Source of the DNA: Puniceicoccaceae bacterium
GTDB lineage: Bacteria > Verrucomicrobiota > Verrucomicrobiia > Opitutales > Oceanipulchritudinaceae
Assembly (NCBI GenBank): GCA_040830765.1
Contig: JBFOMH010000016.1
Coordinates: forward strand, 1-27,893
DNA length: 27,893 nt
Direction of reading: 5' to 3'
Part shown: piece after piece, positions 17,766 to 27,300 of the stretch
How positions within the stretch are numbered: position 1 is the first letter of the stretch
Layout of the letters: each line of letters opens with the position of its first letter
Notes under the pieces: model-generated
Databases searched by the model: none
What the model saw: only the letters and a program-made list of their open reading frames with translations
Told to the model about the DNA's origin: nothing
Made by a program: the position numbers and the translations under genes

Positions 17766-20039
17766 ATGGACCTACCCTTTACCGTTCAATTCGTCCACGC
17801 CAAGCACACGGGCTCCAAACGCACCCGTCTGGAGCGCTTCGGGATCCCCGGATGGGACGTATCGACCTTCCGCAACGAAACGGCTGAATGGGCCTTTTCA
17901 CTAAGCCGGGATGGCGACGCCGCTTCCCACAGGCTGGCAGCGCGGCTTGTTGCCGGTGATGAAAAGGAAGTCGCCGTTGGCCTTTCGATCCGGGACGACG
18001 CATGGACGACCGAAAACTTTGTGCTGATTCCCGGCGCGGTTTACGCGGGCAACCGCTTTCCCGCGACGCCCTATGATTACCCGCCGCCCCACGTTGGACC
18101 GGATCCCAAGGGGACAGACCGTACGCCCCGGATATCGGACCTGCCGCGACTGAGTTACGAGCCGGGAAAGTCGCACCTTGACCAGGAATCCCAGGACGCT
18201 GCGACTCCCGCACTGGCCGTCTATTTTCCGGCACGCGGGAAAGCCCTCTGTATCTTCACCGCACAAGAGAATGCCCTTGGCACCTTTGGTTACGAGGTCA
18301 TTGAAAGCGATGACCGCAGTTCCGCGGAAATCCTCCTCATGGCACCGGGGATGCGGCATGAGACGTATTTTCATCTCAACACAACCCGGGTCATTGAATC
18401 CATGGACACCGCCGCCAACTTTAGTGAGGGCATGTCTGTGGACCTGGATTTCGATCTTCACTGGTTTGATTGCGGCTCCATCCAGGAGCTGTTCGACTTC
18501 ATTTTCGAGCACCGCTACGATTGTGTAACCAGCGGACCGCTACGAAACGAGATCAGTTTCTCCGCCACATGGGACATCCTGCATGAAAAGCACAACCGCG
18601 AGAATTGGCTGGAGGGCCTTGGGATTTATCAGGTGAGTATTCTCAACGATCCGCCGCCTCCGCAGATGTTTTTCCAGACCGGTTGGTGCGGCGGCATGAT
18701 CACCCCCCTGCCGATGATCCAGGAAGGGGATTTGCAATCATTGGAACGTTCTCTCCGCAATACGGATTTGTTCCTGAGCGAGGCAGCTTCGGATTTCGGG
18801 CTTTTCCATGAGTTCTACCACGATGGGAAGTGGTTCTCCAACAAGAAGACCGCGGATGTTGAAAAGGGAAGCTATACCTACGATCCGGCGAAGCAGTGGA
18901 CACTCGTCCGGCGCATCGGTGACGCGCTCTACTTCATCAGTCGTCAGTTTCTCCTGCTCCGGGAACGGGGTCTTGAAGGCAGGATTAAGCCGGAATGGAG
19001 GGCGGCCCTGCGGAAGAACGCAGAAGCTGTGATCGATGTCTGGAACCGGCAGCGGGAGTTCGGCCAGTATGTCGATGTCAATTCCGGCGATGTCATGATC
19101 GCGGGATCCACAGCTGCAGCCCTTATACCGGCAGCCCTGGTGGTGGCAGCGGAGTTCTTCGGGGAATCGGGGTGGGTGTCGGTTGCTGAAGAAATAGGGG
19201 ACAAGTTTCGCCTGGAGGACCTGGCCAGCGGCGTGACTACCGGCGGACCGGGTGACTGTGCCCAGGCACCGGACAGCGAGTCCGTGGCCGCGCTGATCGA
19301 TTCCTTCATTCTCCTCTATGAGGCAACCGGCTCAGCCAAATGGCTCCAGGCCGCCGAGGACGCGGTGTTGCAGACGGCGAGCTGGGCAATGTCCTATGAC
19401 TACGCCTTCCCGAAAGGCACCGCCCTCGAGGAGATCGGGGCCCAGAGCCGGGGCGCATTCCTGGCCAATGCGCAAAACAAGACCGGGGTTCCCGGCATAT
19501 GCACGTTGTCGGGACAAAGCATCCTTCGCGTCTACCGCGCCACCGGAAAAGCGGCCTATCTCAAATTGCTCAAGGAGATCGCCCATACCATTCCCCAGTA
19601 CATGGGGCGGGACGACAAGCGCATTCCGACCCGCATGAAGTGGGGACGCGAGGGGCTGACGGAGCTGCCTCCCGGATGGATCTGTGAGCGGGTCGATGTC
19701 ACCCAATGGGACTTTCCCAAAAGCATCGGCGAAATCGCGGCCTATTCCTGCTGGTGTGAAGTGGCCATGATGCTGACCTGGTGCGACATCCCCGGGGTCT
19801 ACTGGAACATCAGTGACGATACCCTCTACTGTATCGACCACGTCACTGCCGAACTCGTCAATGCGGATCAGGGGAGGGGCCTCCGGATTAGCAATTCAAC
19901 GAAATTCGACGCCCGGGTGAAGGTGCTCGCCGAATCCGCTCAAGCACAAAAGGCGGCCCTTCCCGTGAACGTGGGAGCCACCTTGCCTGTTGTTGATGTG
20001 AAAGCGGGAGCGAGCGCAGTGTGGTATCTTTCCGGGTAG
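17766..20039 (+). CDS. Uncharacterised protein with probable (alpha/alpha)6 six-hairpin barrel, paralogue B
   Basis: Same motif series as paralogue A plus a C-terminal extension. ATG 17766, 16 nt after the upstream stop, is preferred over the overlapping start at 17715. Confidence 0.7.
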   Translation: MDLPFTVQFVHAKHTGSKRTRLERFGIPGWDVSTFRNETAEWAFSLSRDGDAASHRLAARLVAGDEKEVAVGLSIRDDAWTTENFVLIPGAVYAGNRFPATPYDYPPPHVGPDPKGTDRTPRISDLPRLSYEPGKSHLDQESQDAATPALAVYFPARGKALCIFTAQENALGTFGYEVIESDDRSSAEILLMAPGMRHETYFHLNTTRVIESMDTAANFSEGMSVDLDFDLHWFDCGSIQELFDFIFEHRYDCVTSGPLRNEISFSATWDILHEKHNRENWLEGLGIYQVSILNDPPPPQMFFQTGWCGGMITPLPMIQEGDLQSLERSLRNTDLFLSEAASDFGLFHEFYHDGKWFSNKKTADVEKGSYTYDPAKQWTLVRRIGDALYFISRQFLLLRERGLEGRIKPEWRAALRKNAEAVIDVWNRQREFGQYVDVNSGDVMIAGSTAAALIPAALVVAAEFFGESGWVSVAEEIGDKFRLEDLASGVTTGGPGDCAQAPDSESVAALIDSFILLYEATGSAKWLQAAEDAVLQTASWAMSYDYAFPKGTALEEIGAQSRGAFLANAQNKTGVPGICTLSGQSILRVYRATGKAAYLKLLKEIAHTIPQYMGRDDKRIPTRMKWGREGLTELPPGWICERVDVTQWDFPKSIGEIAAYSCWCEVAMMLTWCDIPGVYWNISDDTLYCIDHVTAELVNADQGRGLRISNSTKFDARVKVLAESAQAQKAALPVNVGATLPVVDVKAGASAVWYLSG

Positions 20040-20060
20040 TTGACCGGTTGGTTTTGACCA

Positions 20061-20080
20061 CTTTCCGAAACTACGAATCC
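20061..20080. promoter_or_regulatory. Candidate operator, copy 6 with one core mismatch (CTTTCCG AAACTA CGAATCC)
   Basis: TCCG-N6-CGAA, 63 nt before the GH65 ATG; the right arm is the reverse complement of the copy 5 left arm (GGATTCG). Confidence 0.5.
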
Positions 20081-20143
20081 ATTTGCAGCAAAAGGCGTCT
20101 CTTTGCTCTCCATGGGCGATCCTCCCTTTACAGTCGCCTGTGA

Positions 20144-23100
20144 ATGGAATTTGGAATCGAGCGCCTTTTTGAAGTCTCCCCCTGGGAGATCATCCACACC
20201 GACTTCAGCCTCCCCAAAAACGAGCTGGTCGAATCGATCTTCTCGCTGGCCAACGAGTACATGGGTACGCGCGGTTTGCTTGAGGAGGGCCTTCCGGAGG
20301 AATACTCCCTCGAGGGCTGCTACATCGGCGGGATTTTCGCCAAGGAATCGATTGCCTACAACTGGAAGCGCCGGGGATTTCCCAGCTACCAGAATTCCAT
20401 GATCCACACCACCAACTGGCTCCGCCTGTCCGTAAACATAGATGGTGAAACCTTTTCCATGACGGCGTCCGGTACCAGTGGCTACCGTCGCACGCTGGAC
20501 ATGAAACGCGGTATTCTCTCCCGGGAGGTTGTCTTCGAGACCACCACCGGCAAGCGCACCCGGCTTCACTGGGAACGGTTTGTCAGTCATGCGGATCTTC
20601 ACCTGGGCGCGGTCCGGCTGTCAGTGACCCCATTGAATCACAACGCTGCCATCGAGGTCGCGGCCTCTCTCGACAGCCGCAGGGAAAACAAGGAATGTGC
20701 CATCGCGCGCCGGCATGTCCGTGAGCATGCCAAGGCCTGCCGGGACGGTGACTGCCACCTGCTCATGAACGTGGATTCAACCGGGCAGTACTACATCCAC
20801 CGGATGCTGCTCCAGACCGGTGACCTGACGATCCGCGATGCCGCCTTCGAGGCGGGCGACCGGATCATCACCCAGTCGTTTGCCTTTGATGGGCAGGAAG
20901 GGGTCACGGCGACAATTGACAAGCTTGTTTCCGTCTGGACCAGCCGCGAGAAGGGCTACCCATTCGGACTGATTTCAAAAAGCCGTTCAGATATGGATGT
21001 GAATCCGGCTCTGGAAAAGGAGATCACTGCTTTCCTTGAAAACGAAAGCAAGGCGCACCTGTCACCTTACGCGGAAGAGGGCGCCTACGAGACGGCCCGG
21101 GAGGCGCATGTCGATGCGATGGTGTCGATGTGGGAATTCCAGGATATCGAGATCGAGGGCGATGATGAGTCCCAGCAGGGCATCCGCTACTGCATGTTCC
21201 AGCTTCTCAATACCTACCGGGGGAATGATCCCTGGCTGAACATCGGGGCCAAGGGATTGACCGGTGAGCATTACAACGGCCGGACGTTCTGGGACAGTGA
21301 ATCCTATTGCCTGCCGTATTACCTGTTCACGAATCCCGATGCGGCGAGGAACCTGCTCGAGTACCGGTACAACACCCTCAAGGCGTCGCGTGAAAGGGCC
21401 GCCGAGCTCGGGCTCAAGGGCGCCTGCTATGCATGGACGACCATGGACGGCACGGAAGACTGTGCCCTTTTCCAGTACTACAACGAGATCCACATCAATG
21501 CCATAGTCCCCTTTGCCATTTATTATCACCGCTTGCTCACGGGGGACACAGCCTACAGCCTGGACAAGGGTCTTGAAGTACTCGTCGAGACGTCCCGCTT
21601 CTGGGCCTCGCGGGTTGCCTACATCCCGCATCGGGAAGGCTATGCGATCAACCGCGTTACCGGACCGGATGAACAGCAGCAGTTCGTTAACAACAACTAC
21701 TACACCAACTACATGGCCAAGTGGAGCCTGGGATACACGCTGGGGATGCTGGATGAGCTGAGTACAGCGAATCCCGCCGCCTATGAAGCGTTTTGCCAGC
21801 GCCTAGGCCTGACGGGGGAGGAGCGGGCCACCTTTGCCGAGGTATCCGCGAAAATGCTCCTTCCCTACAGCGAGGATTACGGCGTCATGCTGCAGGACGA
21901 CATGTTCCTCGACCTGGACCCGCGCTTTCGTGAGGAGATCACTCGCCAGGAGCAACCGATCGAGAGGTCCTGGACCATTGAGAAATTCCTTGCCTCCGAC
22001 CTGGTCAAGCAGCCCGACGTGCTCCTGTTGTTCTTCCTGTTCCGGGAGCGCTTCACGCTGGAGGAAAAAGCGGCTAATTACCGTTTCTACGAGCAACGGA
22101 CCATCCATGGCTCATCGCTTTCGCCCAGCATCCATTCCATCCTTGCTTCCGAAGTGGGGCGTTATGAGCAGGCTCTCTTCTACTTCCTCTGGACATCCCG
22201 GTGCGACCTCGACAACTGCAACAACAACACCCACTACGGGCTGCACGTCTCCTCCATGTCGGGTACCTGGCTGAACATCGTTTACGGGTTCGGCGGTCTT
22301 CAGGTGGGCGAACAGGGCCTGAAGTTCGCCCCGGCGATACCATCGCGGTGGAGCCAGTTCTCCTTCAAGATCAATTACCGTGGCCGCATCATCAAGGTCA
22401 CGGTGGACCGGGAGCAGACCCGTTGCCGGCTGCTCAAGGGCGAGGCCATCGACATTGAGGTGCACGGGCACCAGGTCTGCCTCGGGACGGAGCCGTCCAG
22501 CACACCACACCCGGGATACCTGATCAGGCGGCCGGAGCTCCAGGCGGCTATCTTCGATCTCGACGGGGTCATTACCGACACGGCCGAGTTCCATTACCAG
22601 GCATGGAAGAAAATCGCCGACAAGGAGGGCATCTATTTTGACAAGGTGATCAACGAGCGCTTGAAGGGAGTCAGCCGCATGGAAAGCCTGCGCATCATCA
22701 TTGAGCGCAGCGACCGCGATTACAGTGATGAGGAGCTGGAGGCCCTCGCAACGGAGAAAAACGACTATTACAAGACCCTTCTGGGTTCCCTCACTCCGGA
22801 CCATGTCCTGGAGGGTATTCCGGAGTTGCTCCAGGAGTTGAAGGAGGCGGGGATTCTTGTTGGCGTTTGCTCGGCAAGCAGGAACACGCCCGCCATCCTC
22901 GAGAAGCTCGGATTGGCGGAGACCTTCAAGGAAGTTGTCACCGGGAATGATACCGCCCAATCGAAGCCCCATCCGGAAGGGATGTTCCTGGCCGCCGAAC
23001 GGCTCGGGGTCGAGCCGTGTGACTGTGTCGTTATAGAGGACGCCTACGCTGGCGTTGAGGCCGCCCGCTCGGCGGGCATGAAGAGCATGGGTATCGGGCA

Positions 23101-23182
23101 GAAGCTGACCCTCCACAATGCCGACTACGTGCTCCCCGGGACACGATACCTCTCCCTGAACAAGCTCAACCTCTTATTCTAG
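20144..23182 (+). CDS. GH65 alpha-glucoside phosphorylase fused to C-terminal beta-phosphoglucomutase (HAD)
   Basis: GH65 motifs ESIFSLANEYMGTRG, NIGAKGLTGEHYNGRTFWDSE, EIHINA, VTGPDE (general acid), NNNYYTN, KQPDV, HGSSLS. From about nt 22540 the HAD motifs IFDLDGVITDTAEFHYQAW, LKGVSRMESL, SASRN, KPHPE and IEDA..GVEA follow in the same frame. Confidence 0.92.
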   Translation: MEFGIERLFEVSPWEIIHTDFSLPKNELVESIFSLANEYMGTRGLLEEGLPEEYSLEGCYIGGIFAKESIAYNWKRRGFPSYQNSMIHTTNWLRLSVNIDGETFSMTASGTSGYRRTLDMKRGILSREVVFETTTGKRTRLHWERFVSHADLHLGAVRLSVTPLNHNAAIEVAASLDSRRENKECAIARRHVREHAKACRDGDCHLLMNVDSTGQYYIHRMLLQTGDLTIRDAAFEAGDRIITQSFAFDGQEGVTATIDKLVSVWTSREKGYPFGLISKSRSDMDVNPALEKEITAFLENESKAHLSPYAEEGAYETAREAHVDAMVSMWEFQDIEIEGDDESQQGIRYCMFQLLNTYRGNDPWLNIGAKGLTGEHYNGRTFWDSESYCLPYYLFTNPDAARNLLEYRYNTLKASRERAAELGLKGACYAWTTMDGTEDCALFQYYNEIHINAIVPFAIYYHRLLTGDTAYSLDKGLEVLVETSRFWASRVAYIPHREGYAINRVTGPDEQQQFVNNNYYTNYMAKWSLGYTLGMLDELSTANPAAYEAFCQRLGLTGEERATFAEVSAKMLLPYSEDYGVMLQDDMFLDLDPRFREEITRQEQPIERSWTIEKFLASDLVKQPDVLLLFFLFRERFTLEEKAANYRFYEQRTIHGSSLSPSIHSILASEVGRYEQALFYFLWTSRCDLDNCNNNTHYGLHVSSMSGTWLNIVYGFGGLQVGEQGLKFAPAIPSRWSQFSFKINYRGRIIKVTVDREQTRCRLLKGEAIDIEVHGHQVCLGTEPSSTPHPGYLIRRPELQAAIFDLDGVITDTAEFHYQAWKKIADKEGIYFDKVINERLKGVSRMESLRIIIERSDRDYSDEELEALATEKNDYYKTLLGSLTPDHVLEGIPELLQELKEAGILVGVCSASRNTPAILEKLGLAETFKEVVTGNDTAQSKPHPEGMFLAAERLGVEPCDCVVIEDAYAGVEAARSAGMKSMGIGQKLTLHNADYVLPGTRYLSLNKLNLLF

Positions 23183-23202
23183 CAACCCCTGAACCGTGAC
23201 AG

Positions 23203-24285
23203 ATGATGTGGAAACCAAACTGGGAGGAAACCCAGCGGCACATCCTCGACTGGTGGAACCGCGAGGGCCTTTTGATCGGGATGTGGGATGCCCCCCAGAC
23301 CCGCAAGGTTCCCCATGAACCCGTTGCGCCTGCCGCCCTTCCGGAGTCAATCCGGCAGCAGTACACGGACTTCAGGTCCCGCGCCCGGCGCAACCACTAC
23401 CGGATGGCCCATACGGACTTCGCGGCGGATATCCTGCCCGTCTGCGACACCGATATCGGGCCGGGATCCCTGGCGCTTTACCTTGGCTGCCACGCCGATT
23501 TTGCCCAAGGCACTGTCTGGTGCGAACCTTGCCTGCACGAAGTCGACGATCCGGAAGAGCTGCCGCCGTTTCGCTTCGATCCGTCGAATGAATGGTGGCA
23601 ACTGACCGAGAACACCCTCAAGGCCTGCGTTGAACTGGGGCAGGGCAAGTACCTGACCGGATGTCCCGACCTCCTGGAAAACATCGACATTCTCTCAGCC
23701 CTCCGGTCCCCACAGGTCCTCATGATGGACATGCTGGAGTTCCCGGAGTGGATCGAGAAGAGCATCCGGGAGATCAACCAGGTCTGGTTCGAGGCTTACG
23801 AGCGGATTTATGACATCATCAAATTGGAGGATGGCAGCTCCACTTTTGGGGCCTTCCGGGTCTGGGGACCGGGCAAGACCGCCAAGGTCCAGTGCGACGC
23901 CTCGGCCATGTTCTCGCCGGAGATGTACCGCAAGTTCGTCGTCCCGGCACTGTCTGAACAGTGCCGGTGGCTGGACAATTCCCTCTATCACCTTGATGGA
24001 ACACAGGCCATTTGTCACCTCGATGCCATTCTCGAAATCGAGCCGCTCGACGCTGTCGAATGGACCCCGCAGGCCGGTATTGAGAACGGTGGACACCCGC
24101 GCTGGTACGATCTCTACCAGAAGATCCTCGGTGCTGGTAAATCAGTCCAGGTGGTCGGGGTGGAGCCCGACGAGGTCATTCCCCTGCTGGATGCCGTTGG
24201 TGGAAGGGGTGTCTATGTGTTGGCCAACTTCACCTCCCCCGAGCAGGCCGCTAGCATCGTGAAACAGGCTGCTCAGTTCCGCTGA
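23203..24285 (+). CDS. UroD/MtaA (methyltransferase-like) TIM-barrel family protein of unknown function
   Basis: 'GPGSLALYLG', 'DILSALRSPQVLMMDMLEFPE', 'QCDASAMFSPEMYRKFVVP', 'YHLDG', 'AVEWTPQAG' fit the UroD/MtaA-like superfamily pattern; starts 20 nt after the GH65 stop. Confidence 0.72.
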   Translation: MMWKPNWEETQRHILDWWNREGLLIGMWDAPQTRKVPHEPVAPAALPESIRQQYTDFRSRARRNHYRMAHTDFAADILPVCDTDIGPGSLALYLGCHADFAQGTVWCEPCLHEVDDPEELPPFRFDPSNEWWQLTENTLKACVELGQGKYLTGCPDLLENIDILSALRSPQVLMMDMLEFPEWIEKSIREINQVWFEAYERIYDIIKLEDGSSTFGAFRVWGPGKTAKVQCDASAMFSPEMYRKFVVPALSEQCRWLDNSLYHLDGTQAICHLDAILEIEPLDAVEWTPQAGIENGGHPRWYDLYQKILGAGKSVQVVGVEPDEVIPLLDAVGGRGVYVLANFTSPEQAASIVKQAAQFR

Positions 24286-24303
24286 GCAAAGGCCGGCATT
24301 GCC

Positions 24304-27300
24304 TCAGGAAACCGTTTTGCAATCAAGGGTGAACCGACTCATGCCCGCGTGGTTGATGTCCACTGCGATATAGGAAGCGCCGACGAGGCAGGTTTCCGGC
24401 ATATCAAGAGCGACTTCCCCGAGTTTGTCCCAGGTACCCTCCTGCTTGAAGTAAAAGCTGAAGACGCCCCCTGTACAGGTCAGCTTCAAGTGGACCGGGA
24501 AGGCGACCCCATCAGCCACGCGATCATCCAGCTCGGTCTTGCCTCCCTCGTTGGCCCCGAACTTGGCCCATGGGGAGGCTCCCAGGACGGGAAGGGTTTG
24601 AATGCCGTCCTCCTTCCGGACGGCCACCATGAGCTCGCCATCGGCAGTTGTCCGGAAGTGGATGTTGCGCGAATCCGCCGAGTCACTGGCCCGGACCATG
24701 ATGCCGCTTTGGGCGTCCCGATGCGGGGCCTCCACGGAATGAATCACCATCTCAACCTGCAACTTTTCCGAAGGCATTTCCTTTCTCAGGAAGGTGGCGT
24801 CGTCAGCTTTCCACCAGACGTTGTTCCCGTTGCTGTAGAACTCGATTGTACCATCCTCCGCGGTCAGGGCGGTCCCTTCCTCCTTGCCGTACTGGCTGAT
24901 CTCATAGCCGTCCGGAAGCTGGGCACTCGGGATTACCCGGATGTAGAACTCGGAAATGACCCCTTCGTACCGGAAGGTCAGTTTTTGTTCGCCCACCTTG
25001 CTGAACTGGAGCACATCGCCCTCATGCACGAAGTCGTCCCCCTCAACGGCGAAGTCATCGACGTGGAGCTGCCGCCCGCTGTTCATGATGGCGAGCAGCT
25101 TGACCGGATGCGCCTGGCCGAGGATTGCTATTTTTCTGAGCTCGGGGACAAGGTCCTTCACCCGGTCAAGGCAGACCTCCGTCTCCAGTTCCCAGGCTTG
25201 CCCGCAGGCCTGGACGGTGATCCGCGCCAGTCCCGCATCCGTGAAGAAGAGATCACCCCGGATCAGACGGGCACCGGCATTGATGGAAATCCTTTCCGCG
25301 TCCAGCGCAAACTCGCGGCCAAGGTCGGTCGTCCCGACCAGTCCAGTGGCATACTTTTCCCCGAGGACAACTTTCTCCGGGATACTTGCCCACCGGATTG
25401 CGGTCACCACCTCGTCCACTAGGAAATCAAGCGTGGAAACAGCATCACCGATTTCAGCCTTGATGCTGTAGACACCTTTCCGGAGCAACTTAATGTGCCC
25501 ATCCTTGATTTCAATTCCGGAGGGGTCGCCCTCCGTGAGGGACAGGGAAGGGGACAGGCCGCGATGCATCAATAGCTTCCCGCAGCGACCGTACCACTTC
25601 AAAACCAGGCTCTCTCCGCTCCGGCGCGAGAGCCAAGAGTTACCTTCCAGTAAGTCGCCTGAGGCATCTTCATCATCGGATGACACTTCTGCGAAGAGCC
25701 GTTGAATCCGCCGTTGTTCCCCCTGGCCATGCTCCCGGGTGTAGCTTTCGCCCAGCCCGATTTTACCGTAGTTAATTTCCGCTACACCGAGGGCCCATGC
25801 GGGAGAGGTGTACTTGAGCCTGAAATCGCATGCCTCCTCGTCGGTAAATTGTGCCTTGCGGATCCGGCTTTCGGTGTCGAAGCCAGCCCGTTGCCACTTG
25901 TAGAAGGGGATGTCACTTTCGAGGCCCAATCCTCCCCGGATATAGTAGTTTCCGCTGCTTTCATAGACGAGATTCCGATTCGATTCCCTGAATCGCGCCG
26001 GTTGCCAATCGGCATTCCCAATCATGGCGGACTGGTTTTCATGGAAAATGTTGAGGCGTGCCACAAGGTTGTAGTTCTCCTTGGTCCCACCGCTGAAGGT
26101 GCTAATGACCCCGCTGACTTCGACCTTGTTGTTGATGAAGCGGTTATTCTCGGCGACATTCCCGATTCCCTTCAGGGTGAGGACATTATATAGCTTTCCG
26201 CCCCCGTGGTGGTTCAAGTTGTAGACGAGGTTATTCTTCACCGTCCAGCCGTCGCAGCAGTCATCCAGGTAGATCCCATTACCGAAGCTGAAGGGAACCT
26301 CCGAGTCACGGACGATGTTGTCGGATACGACATTGCCTTCACCGGACCGGAATCCCTGGATCAATCCTGTGTCCTGGCTGTCCCGGCAGCAGTCATAGAC
26401 CTCGTTGCGGTAGACGAGGTTGTTCCTGACATAGGTGTACCAGCGGGCTTTGAAGGAAGGGACATAATCCTCCTTTGGGAAAAAGGCTTCCCGGATGAAG
26501 CTGGGCGTGTTCGGGGAAATGAGGCTGATGGCATAGCGGGAGCTGTGGTGAATCAGGTTGTTGGCGATTGTGCAGTCGCCACTCTGCAGCAACTGGACAC
26601 CGGCGCATTGACCAACCCGTTCACCGAGGTGGTGGATGTGGTTGTTGAGGACGAGGTGCTCCTTGTTCATGTACGCCTCGCTGACCCAGTCGCCGTAGGC
26701 GCGGACGCCCGTGTGCCCGATGTTGTGGATGTGGCAGTTTTCCACGGTTACGCGCTGGGCCCTGCGGTACATCGTGATTCCGTTGAGGCCGGTGTGGTGC
26801 ACGGTACAGTTCCGCACGGTGATGTTGCTGCTATTGTCCGTGATGAAAACAGCTGCTTCATCCTGGTCGAAGACCTCCCCGTCGATGAATTCCTGCCGGT
26901 CCGTGTAAGCCAGGGTGATGCCCTCGATGACGATGCCGGATGACTCCCGGATCTCGATGATGTTCTTCATCAGGGGTAAGATAACCTGCTTGCCTTCCGG
27001 GCTTCCGCCCTCCGGCATGTAATGGATCTCCATCTTTTCCCGGTCGATGTGGAACTCGCCCTCTGCGGTTAGGAGGGAGGGATGGTCGAGTAGGTAGAAG
27101 CGCGTCCCGCGGCCAAGGTCGAACCAGGTGTCCTTCGATAGCTCGACCACATTTCCGTTAAGGCGGCAGGGGAGGTGGACGGAGTGCCAGTTGTACTCGC
27201 CGGTCGGTCCGGAGGGCCAGAGAAAGGCCGTCAGTTCATCCCCGTCCTCGAGGGTGGGGAAGTCTGCCGGTTCGATCTTGAAGGCCCGTTTGCGGGTCTC

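Noticed and set aside
22112..23116. 334-aa minus-strand ORF
   Set aside because: Antisense shadow of the GH65/beta-PGM gene with no independent coding evidence.
24349..26943. Long plus-strand ORFs of 357, 163 and 245 aa
   Set aside because: Antisense shadows of the beta-helix gene.
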